The notes beneath the pieces are model-generated. The model did no database searches, was not told where the DNA came from, and saw nothing but the letters and a program-made list of their open reading frames with translations. The translations under genes and the position numbers were made by a program. DNA of 29,661 nt. Source: Fimbriimonadaceae bacterium (GTDB taxonomy: Bacteria > Armatimonadota > Fimbriimonadia > Fimbriimonadales > Fimbriimonadaceae). Shown here in pieces: positions 7,789 through 14,871 of this stretch. The stretch's first letter is position 1. Each line of letters opens with the position of its first letter. The stretch lies in the NCBI GenBank assembly GCA_041911835.1, contig JAYROD010000345.1, forward strand, positions 1-29,661, written 5' to 3'.

Positions 7789-8796
7789 ATGCACGGCATC
7801 CTAGCGACTCTGGCTCTGTTTGGACCCCAGACTTGGACCTTTGTGGTCGGCGGGGACATCATGACCAACGGCATTTCAGGTTCGACGAATCCGTTTGCGG
7901 CGATTGCGCCGATCGTTCGCAAAGCCGACCTCGCGTACGCGAATCTGGAGATTCCGCTGACGACCGCGAACACGCGAACGCCGAGGAAGACTCCGGCGGA
8001 ATTGGCCCGACACGCCCAATTCATCCTCAAGGGAGACCCGGCGCATGCTCCCCAGATCAAGGCTGCCGGTTTCGATTTCGTCAGCCTTGCGAATAACCAT
8101 GCGATGGACTATCGCTCACAGGGGCTCTCGCAGATGTTGAAGCTTCTCAACAAGCATGGGATAGGGCACGCCGGCGCGGGCGCGAATCTAGATGGGGCGT
8201 TGAGGCCCGCGATCGTGAACGTCAATGGCCTCAAGGTGGGACTGATCTCGTTCTTGGGATTCCAGAACAACGGCTCATTGGTGAAGTGCACACCTGCAAA
8301 GCCAAAGAGCATGGGCATCGCCGTGCTGATGAACGGTGGCAAGATCGACTCGGCCGCCCGAAAGCGTATAGCCGACTATGTCGCTGCCGCGAGAGGGAAG
8401 TGCGACCTGCTTTTTGTGGCTTTGCACTGGGGAATCGAAAGGACGACCGTCCCGATTCGCTACCAGGTCGACATGGCGAGAGCGTTCATCGATTCCGGGG
8501 CGGACGGAGTGATCGGAGCCCATCCGCACGTTCTCCAGGGGACCGAGGTCTATCATGGCAAGCCGATTTTCTACTCTTTGGGGAATCTTTGTTCGCCGCT
8601 TCCTGCATCGACGGCGCTTTTCCGAATGACGTACGACGGAAAGAAGTTCGTTTCGATGCAGCCGATTCCTTGCCGAATCTCCGGAGGCCGCGTAACGCCT
8701 CTGACTGGTGGGGCAGCTGCTTCGGAGCTCCGGCGCATCGCCGGTCTGAATCAGGCAGTGAAGCGAACCTATCCGCAGACGGTCGTCCAGAGGTAG
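7789..8796 (+). CDS. CapA/PGA_cap family metallophosphoesterase-fold protein
   Basis: Motifs GGDIM, ANLE, SLANNHAMD, HAGAG, LHWG, IGAHPHVLQ and YSLGN. Start reassigned to ATG at 7789, which gives a short hydrophobic signal-like N-terminus. The track start is 7723. Confidence 0.88.
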   Translation: MHGILATLALFGPQTWTFVVGGDIMTNGISGSTNPFAAIAPIVRKADLAYANLEIPLTTANTRTPRKTPAELARHAQFILKGDPAHAPQIKAAGFDFVSLANNHAMDYRSQGLSQMLKLLNKHGIGHAGAGANLDGALRPAIVNVNGLKVGLISFLGFQNNGSLVKCTPAKPKSMGIAVLMNGGKIDSAARKRIADYVAAARGKCDLLFVALHWGIERTTVPIRYQVDMARAFIDSGADGVIGAHPHVLQGTEVYHGKPIFYSLGNLCSPLPASTALFRMTYDGKKFVSMQPIPCRISGGRVTPLTGGAAASELRRIAGLNQAVKRTYPQTVVQR

Positions 8797-8845
8797 CGCC
8801 AAACCACGTCCCAGGACTCGGATCGAGCCCCGATATACTGGGGCC

Positions 8846-10102
8846 ATGGACTCCGACCGCCTTCAAGCCGACGTCATCCAGAAGTACACCGACCACGTCA
8901 ACCCCTATCTCGCGAAGTTGATGAACTTCGCCGGGTTCAGCGTCGAGGCGCGCGCAGAGGGTTGCTACATCTATGGCCACGACGGCCGGAAGTATCTCGA
9001 CTGCCTGGGCGGCTATGGCGTTTACAGCCTGGGGCATCGGCATCCGAAGGTGATCGAGGCGGTGAAGAAACAGCTCGACACGATGCCGATGAGCGGCAAG
9101 GCGATGTTCAGCGAGAATCAGGCCAACCTCGCGACGAAATTGGCTGAGATTAGCCCCGGAGATTTACAATTCGCTTTCTTCTCGAACTCCGGGACTGAGG
9201 CGGTGGAAGCGGCGCTCAAGTTCGTGAAATGCGCGTCCGGGCGGAGCAAGATCGTCAGCACGAACGGAAGCTTCCACGGCAAGACGATCGGATCACTTTC
9301 CACCACCGGCCGCGAAAGATATCGGAAGCCATTCGAGCCATTGATGCCCGGCGTAGTCTTTGTGGACTTTGGCGATTTCGAGGCGATGAAGTCGGCTGTC
9401 GATGGTTCGACCGCCGCGGTGATCATCGAGACTATCCAAGGAGAAGGCGGCATCCATGTTTCACCCCCGGGCTATCTTTCTCTCATCCGTGAGTTGTGTG
9501 ATAAGAACGGCGCGCTGATGATCGTCGACGAAGTTCAGACAGGCTTTGGCAGAACCGGCAAGATGTTTGGATGCAACCACGAGGGGATCACGCCGGATGT
9601 CATGACCTTGGCAAAGGCTCTTGGTGGCGGAGTGATGCCGATCGGAGCGACGCTTGGAACGCCTGCCGTATGGGAGGCCGTTTTCAGTGAGAATCCGCTC
9701 TCGCATACGAGCACTTTTGGTGGGAATCCGCTTGCCTGCGCAGCTGGGCTCGCGACGATTCAGGTCATCGAAGACGAAGGCTTGGTGGAGCGCTCTCGAA
9801 CCGTCGGGCTTGTCATGAAGCACGCGCTGGAAGCGGTCAAGGATAAGCATCCCGATTTGATTGCAGAGGTTCGAGGGCGTGGGTTGATCCTTGGGGTCGA
9901 GTTCACGATGGACGACGTCGGTGAACTGACCATCGCGCAAATGATCAAGCGTAGTCTTTTGGCGGCGTACACGCTGAACAATAAACGGGTGATCAGGTTT
10001 GAGCCGCCGCTGATCGTCAGCGAGGAGCAGGCTATTTGGGCCGCCGAGACGTTTGGGGAGTCGGTGGCTGAGACTGCTGAATTGCTGGCTGAGTTGGTTT
10101 AG
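8846..10102 (+). CDS. Class III PLP-dependent aminotransferase (putrescine/acetylornithine aminotransferase-like)
   Basis: YLDCLGGYG, FFSNSGTEAVEAALK, SFHGKT, IIETIQGEGG, IVDEVQTGFGRTG, TLAKALGGG (PLP Lys) and HTSTFGGNPLAC. The substrate cannot be determined from sequence. Confidence 0.92.
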   Translation: MDSDRLQADVIQKYTDHVNPYLAKLMNFAGFSVEARAEGCYIYGHDGRKYLDCLGGYGVYSLGHRHPKVIEAVKKQLDTMPMSGKAMFSENQANLATKLAEISPGDLQFAFFSNSGTEAVEAALKFVKCASGRSKIVSTNGSFHGKTIGSLSTTGRERYRKPFEPLMPGVVFVDFGDFEAMKSAVDGSTAAVIIETIQGEGGIHVSPPGYLSLIRELCDKNGALMIVDEVQTGFGRTGKMFGCNHEGITPDVMTLAKALGGGVMPIGATLGTPAVWEAVFSENPLSHTSTFGGNPLACAAGLATIQVIEDEGLVERSRTVGLVMKHALEAVKDKHPDLIAEVRGRGLILGVEFTMDDVGELTIAQMIKRSLLAAYTLNNKRVIRFEPPLIVSEEQAIWAAETFGESVAETAELLAELV

Positions 10103-11112
10103 AATTCAATATTGACCTTCTGACCGATGTTGGCGGACTCAATCGCTCCGAACACCATGGCGAGGCTCTTGATGTTGTCGTGGCATTCTCCCATGGGGGT
10201 TGCACCGATTTTCAGCGCGTTTAGGAAATCGGCAAGCGAGCCTTCGATGCCGTTCTTGACGTTTTGATCAACCGCCGATACTACTGGAGTTACTTCGGAG
10301 AAGAAGCCGTCAGGCTTCGTGACTCTTTCTCCGTGGGGTAGGTCGTGGCCATTCCAAAGCGCCGTACCCTCGGAGCAGGTCGCGCGCCAGTCAGCCTCCC
10401 AACTCGTCGGGCCTCCTTCGGCACACCAGGAACCGGAGTAGGTGTATCGGATTCCATCAGTCAATTCGAAGACAACAGTCGCGCTGGCGTCGCCACTGTA
10501 CCAACTCCAGGGCGGATTGAACGATTCGCAATAGACGGAAACGGGATCGGCGCCGCTCAGGAAACGAGCAGCGTCGAACGTGTGAATCGCCATGTCGAGA
10601 AGGAGCGGATGCGGCATCTCATCGCGGAAGCCGCCGAAATGCGGGCCAAGATAGAAGTCGGATTTCAGCATCCCGAGCGACCCAAGGCTGGAGATGAGCT
10701 CGCGGAACGCCCAAAGTTGGGGATGGTAGCGGCGGCTTTGGCTGACCATGTAGAGTTTTCCCGCCTTTTCTGATGCGTGAACCATTTTCCGGGCTGATTC
10801 CATCGAGTCGGCCATCGGCTTTTCTCCGAGTACCGGCAGGCCCTTGCTCAGGCAAGCAAGAGTGACCTCGCGGTGGGATTCAGGTGGGGTGACATCGACG
10901 GCGAAATCGAATTGATTTTCCGCCAACGCTCTTTGGAGATCAGTCTCCGGAAGGCAGCCACCAAGCTCCAGTTCATGGATCGCCGCTTCAGATTTCCCTT
11001 CGACGAGATCAACCCAGGCGACAACCTCACACTCGCCTTGCTGCGCAAGGTTCTGCGCCCAAGATTTGCCCATACTGCCTGCGCCGATGAGCAGGACTCG
11101 GTATCGCGCCAT
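10099..11112 (-). CDS. Gfo/Idh/MocA family NAD(P)-dependent oxidoreductase
   Basis: Rossmann motif LLIGAGSMG, VLGEKP and LDMAIHTFD. Start reassigned to ATG at 11112 (MARYRVLLIG). The track start is 11163. Confidence 0.92.
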   Translation of the reverse strand: MARYRVLLIGAGSMGKSWAQNLAQQGECEVVAWVDLVEGKSEAAIHELELGGCLPETDLQRALAENQFDFAVDVTPPESHREVTLACLSKGLPVLGEKPMADSMESARKMVHASEKAGKLYMVSQSRRYHPQLWAFRELISSLGSLGMLKSDFYLGPHFGGFRDEMPHPLLLDMAIHTFDAARFLSGADPVSVYCESFNPPWSWYSGDASATVVFELTDGIRYTYSGSWCAEGGPTSWEADWRATCSEGTALWNGHDLPHGERVTKPDGFFSEVTPVVSAVDQNVKNGIEGSLADFLNALKIGATPMGECHDNIKSLAMVFGAIESANIGQKVNIEF

Positions 11113-11152
11113 GGTCTGCGTTCTACCTGCTGGTAGGCTAAACTCACTTGCT

Positions 11153-11947
11153 GTGATCGCCATACCGGGACAGATTTACGACGCGCCGGGCGGGCTGCCA
11201 CTCGATTTCGACTTCTTCCGCCCGAATCACGACGACGTGCTGCCGTTGGTGGTTTTCACACACGGCGGGGGTTGGATCAGCGGCGACAAGACCCATTTTC
11301 ATGAGGAGGCCTTCTTCCTCTGCGACAATGGGTTCGCCTGCGCCTGTATCAGCTACCGTCTGGCTCCACTCCATCCGTTCCCAGCGGCAGTCGAGGACGC
11401 GCAGAACTTCATTCGCTTCGCCCGTGCCAACGCCGAAAAGCTGATGATCGATCCGAACAGGATTGCGGCTATGGGGAGCAGCGCTGGTGGGCATCTCGCC
11501 GCCATGCTGGGACTCTGCGACGAACTCATCGGCGCTGACCATCATCCCGAGTGGACCAAATTCAGCCCGAAGGTCAATGCCGTCGTCGACTTCAGCGGAA
11601 TCACAGACCTTACGGCGCCGCGCGAACAGCACCTGCCGATCGCCTGGTCATTCTTGGAGCAGTTCATGGGGGCTCCTTTCGAGGACAACGAGGATTTGTA
11701 TCAAAAGGCAAGTCCCATATTTCACGTATCAAAGACCGATGCTCCGTTTCTGATCGTGCACGGGGACATGGACGACGTGGTCCCTATCGACCACAGCGTT
11801 CGGCTCCAGCAAGCGCTGTCTGCCGTAGGAGTTTCGAGCGAGTTGGTCGTTCTCCCGGGAGAGGGGCATGGGTTCTCCCTCGAAGTGTGGGATGAAGTCC
11901 GCCAGATCTACCTCGGGTTTCTCAAGCGGACCCTGGGTGTAACCTAA
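11153..11947 (+). CDS. Alpha/beta hydrolase, hormone-sensitive-lipase/BD-FAE-like esterase
   Basis: Oxyanion motif HGGGW, nucleophile elbow [17 protein letters not shown] (Asp) and GEGHGF (His). GTG start at 11153 was chosen to avoid overlap with the divergent gene. Confidence 0.9.
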   Translation: MIAIPGQIYDAPGGLPLDFDFFRPNHDDVLPLVVFTHGGGWISGDKTHFHEEAFFLCDNGFACACISYRLAPLHPFPAAVEDAQNFIRFARANAEKLMIDPNRIAAMGSSAGGHLAAMLGLCDELIGADHHPEWTKFSPKVNAVVDFSGITDLTAPREQHLPIAWSFLEQFMGAPFEDNEDLYQKASPIFHVSKTDAPFLIVHGDMDDVVPIDHSVRLQQALSAVGVSSELVVLPGEGHGFSLEVWDEVRQIYLGFLKRTLGVT

Positions 11948-11951
11948 AGCC

Positions 11952-12998
11952 ATGTCGCAATCCATCGTCGATCTTCGAAGCGATACGGTCACCCGGCCCA
12001 CGCCTGAAATGTATGAGGCGATTCGCCAAGCGCCTTTAGGGGACGACGTCTTGGGAGACGATCCGACCGTCCAGCGTCTAGAGAGCTTGGCTGCCGAGAA
12101 GGTGGGCATGGAGGCTGGGATGTTCGTTCCGAGCGGCTCGATGGGAAATCAGGTCGCTCTCGCTACGCACACGCGACCGGGCGACGCCGCAATCTTCGAG
12201 GAAGAGGCCCACATGCTCTTTTACGAAGCCGGTGCGCCGGGGGTCATTGCCCAGGTGGTCATGCGCACCGTGCCTTCCGATGGCGTCATGGATCCGGAGG
12301 AGGTCGAGAAACGAGTCCTTGCGAGATCGCTTCACACGCCCGGCACTGTCGTGCTATGCGTCGAAAATACGCATAACCGGAAGGGAGGAGCCGTTACTCC
12401 GCCCAACGTGATGCGGCAATACCGGGAACTGGCCGACCGGCACGGGATGAAGGTCCATCTCGATGGAGCACGGGTCTTCAATGCCGCGGTGTCGCTCGGC
12501 GTCGATGTCAAAGAGATCACCCGCCATGTAGATTCGGTGAGTTTTTGTCTGAGCAAAGGCCTCGGATCGCCAGTGGGTTCGGTACTGTGTGGTCCGGCGG
12601 ACTACATCCAGGCCGCGCGATTTTGGCGGAAACGCTTAGGCGGTGGAATGCGGCAAGCCGGAATTTTGGCGGCGTGTGGGATCGTCAGCCTTACAAAGAT
12701 GATCGATCGGCTGGCCGAAGACCACCGCCGGACGCGCGCCATGGCGGACGCGCTGCGGGGAGTACAGGGCTTGCGCGTTCCCAACGCCGTTGAAACGAAC
12801 ATCCTCATGGTCGACTCGGCTCTGCCAGCGGCGGATTGGGTGGCCGCGATCCGGACAAACGATGTCTGGGCGCTGCCGTTCGCGGCGAACCGTATCCGGC
12901 TCGTTTTTCATTACGATGTGGATGATTCGGGCCTCGATCGGGCCGTTTCGGCGTTCAAGGCTGCGGCTGAGAAGCTGGCGCATGCCCCGGTCGGCTGA
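11952..12998 (+). CDS. ltaE: Low-specificity L-threonine aldolase
   Basis: [57 protein letters not shown] (PLP Lys) and [11 protein letters not shown]. Confidence 0.95.
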   Translation: MSQSIVDLRSDTVTRPTPEMYEAIRQAPLGDDVLGDDPTVQRLESLAAEKVGMEAGMFVPSGSMGNQVALATHTRPGDAAIFEEEAHMLFYEAGAPGVIAQVVMRTVPSDGVMDPEEVEKRVLARSLHTPGTVVLCVENTHNRKGGAVTPPNVMRQYRELADRHGMKVHLDGARVFNAAVSLGVDVKEITRHVDSVSFCLSKGLGSPVGSVLCGPADYIQAARFWRKRLGGGMRQAGILAACGIVSLTKMIDRLAEDHRRTRAMADALRGVQGLRVPNAVETNILMVDSALPAADWVAAIRTNDVWALPFAANRIRLVFHYDVDDSGLDRAVSAFKAAAEKLAHAPVG

Positions 12999-13749
12999 AG
13001 CCAGAACCGCGCAACGTTTGGGCCATCAGCTTATCGTACGCCAGTTGAGCCAACACCTCCAGGTTGACGACATCCTCGCGGTTGTAGGCGATGAGCTGGT
13101 CCAGCGCCGTCTCGTTGCCCCACTGGTGAAGCCTCCAAAGTCGTATCGCGTCCTGTCCACCGAGCCCGTCGGTCTCCTCTCCCCTGGCTATACCAACCTG
13201 CTTTTCGATGCTCTTCAATCCGCCTCGGTATCCCAGGCGCTTGAGCGTCGGGCAAAGATCGATGTGGATTTGGTCGAATAGGATGCCCGGGAATCGCTTT
13301 TGAAGCATCGGTAGGTCGAACCCTGCGCCGAAGAAGGTGACGATCATCGAATAGTGCGAGATGACGTCGCGAAAGCTCTCCAGATCTCGGTCGCGAATGA
13401 GGCACTGAAATTCCTTGCCGTCATAAAGCCCGACGGTAGTGATCGCCTTGCCCGACTGGCCCCCATCCGTTTCGATGTCGAGATAGACGCAGGATTCTCG
13501 GAACTCGGGCCACGCTCTCCAGGCCTCGAGGCTGTTGAGCGCCTTGCGGAAGTATTGGTGATTACGCTGCTCGAGCGCGTCGATCGAATGTTCTAGCGTC
13601 CGCTTGGCTATCGCCTTCGAGGCCGTTCCGATGGAGACGTCTTCCAGCCGGTCAAGGAGCGAGCGCCAATCTTCGCAGCCTTGCTGCCAAAGCGCCCACT
13701 CGGTCTCGCGGCCGATCCCGGGTATATGGCAGAACGTCCGGGTGAGCAC
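12955..13749 (-). CDS. YprB-like RNase H-fold exonuclease (RNase_H_2) with an N-terminal helix-hairpin-helix
   Basis: TFCHIPGIG (HhH), YLDIETDG, FDLPML, GGLKSIEKQVGIAR and YNREDV. GTG start immediately after the upstream TAA. Confidence 0.85.
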   Translation of the reverse strand: MLTRTFCHIPGIGRETEWALWQQGCEDWRSLLDRLEDVSIGTASKAIAKRTLEHSIDALEQRNHQYFRKALNSLEAWRAWPEFRESCVYLDIETDGGQSGKAITTVGLYDGKEFQCLIRDRDLESFRDVISHYSMIVTFFGAGFDLPMLQKRFPGILFDQIHIDLCPTLKRLGYRGGLKSIEKQVGIARGEETDGLGGQDAIRLWRLHQWGNETALDQLIAYNREDVVNLEVLAQLAYDKLMAQTLRGSGFSRPGHAPASQPQP

Positions 13750-14322
13750 TTAGCCGCCGGGCTTCTTGCCCGAGGGCGGCGGCTGTTTGCCCCGTTCGAT
13801 CGGCGTGACCGATCGCACGTCCAAGACACTTGGCAGCGTCACGGTCATCGCGCTGCTGGTCAGCCAAAACTGCTTCTTGCTGGGATCCGAGAACCAGAAC
13901 TCGCCGGTGTTGAGGTCCTTGTCGAATTCACCGGTCAAGCGTATAAGCCCCGCGCCATACCATGTGGCGCTCATGTCCGTCCCGAACCACTGGATTCCGC
14001 GCCAGCTGCCTGTCACCACGATTTTTCCGGCGCCGAAATAGACCTGCCTCCCGTGGGCGTCATATTCCTTGCGAAGGTTGCCGGAAGGGACTGCAGTGCC
14101 CTTCAGCTGGCTGATCAGCACGGTACCTTTGAAGTCCATCTCGAATCTGCCGGAGGCGTCTACCGCCTTGAAACTCCCGATTTTGGTTCGCATATGCATG
14201 GTTGCGAACTTGGGGCTTGGGGTGACGCCCGCCATTTGCGCGGGAGTGGCCGGCTGAGCCGAAGCAAACGGCGCCAGAACGGCTGCGGCGAGAATAGTCG
14301 AGATCAAGACTGTGAATTTCAA
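13750..14322 (-). CDS. Hypothetical secreted beta-rich protein
   Basis: TTG start with AGGTAGG RBS and an upstream TAGAAT -10. Signal peptide MKFTVLISTILAAAVLAPFASA-Q. No recognised domain. Confidence 0.75.
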   Translation of the reverse strand: MKFTVLISTILAAAVLAPFASAQPATPAQMAGVTPSPKFATMHMRTKIGSFKAVDASGRFEMDFKGTVLISQLKGTAVPSGNLRKEYDAHGRQVYFGAGKIVVTGSWRGIQWFGTDMSATWYGAGLIRLTGEFDKDLNTGEFWFSDPSKKQFWLTSSAMTVTLPSVLDVRSVTPIERGKQPPPSGKKPGG

Positions 14323-14349
14323 GTGAGACCTACCTGGAGACGGGCTTCT

Positions 14350-14355
14350 ATTCTA
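14350..14355 (-). promoter_or_regulatory. Putative sigma70 -10 element (TAGAAT) for the secreted-protein/yprB operon
   Basis: TAGAAT on the minus strand about 27 nt before the TTG. No clear -35. Confidence 0.4.
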
Positions 14356-14436
14356 GCCCAAACCGTCCGTACGCCAATTCTGCGATTTCGATTGCGCACC
14401 GGGCCATCGGGCGCACAATTTGTACCGAAAAGCGCG

Positions 14437-14442
14437 TAAAAT
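14437..14442 (+). promoter_or_regulatory. Putative sigma70 -10 element (TAAAAT) for the ccmE operon
   Basis: TAAAAT 30 nt before the ccmE ATG, followed by an AAAGG RBS-like motif. No clear -35. Confidence 0.4.
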
Positions 14443-14472
14443 ACAGATGAGCCCTCCAAAGGTTGAAAACCA

Positions 14473-14868
14473 ATGAAAACTGGAACGATCATCGCCATCA
14501 TTTTGAGCGTCTTGGGACTTTCCGCGATGGTGGTCGCTTTCATCACCAGTGCGAGTCCCTATGTGACCATCGCCGAAGCTAAGATGCAAGGCGGAGACAA
14601 CCTTCACGTTGCGGGCGAGATTATCCCGGGGACGATGGTCAACAGTGGCGCCAAGCAAGAAACGCGATTCAAGATCAAGGATCAGAATGGCGAACAGATC
14701 GACGTCCTGTACACGGGTCCGGCCCCGGCGAACATGGGCTCGGTCGCAAGGGTCGTAGCGGTGGGCGGCGTCAAAGACGGCGTCTTCCTCGCAAACAAGC
14801 TCTGGATCAAGTGTCCGTCGAAGTACGAGAGCGAAAAGAAGAAAGAACCGTATTCGGCGAAAATGTAG
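14473..14868 (+). CDS. ccmE: Cytochrome c maturation heme chaperone CcmE, CxxxY type
   Basis: N-terminal TM, YVTIAE, OB-fold pattern (VAGEI...RFKIKD...IDVLYTGPAP...VVAVG...F.A..L) and KCPSKY. Adjacent to ccmF. Confidence 0.9.
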   Translation: MKTGTIIAIILSVLGLSAMVVAFITSASPYVTIAEAKMQGGDNLHVAGEIIPGTMVNSGAKQETRFKIKDQNGEQIDVLYTGPAPANMGSVARVVAVGGVKDGVFLANKLWIKCPSKYESEKKKEPYSAKM

Positions 14869-14871
14869 CTC

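Noticed and set aside
7789-8796. Poly-gamma-glutamate capsule locus
   Set aside because: Only the CapA-like gene is present. The synthetase genes are absent from the window.
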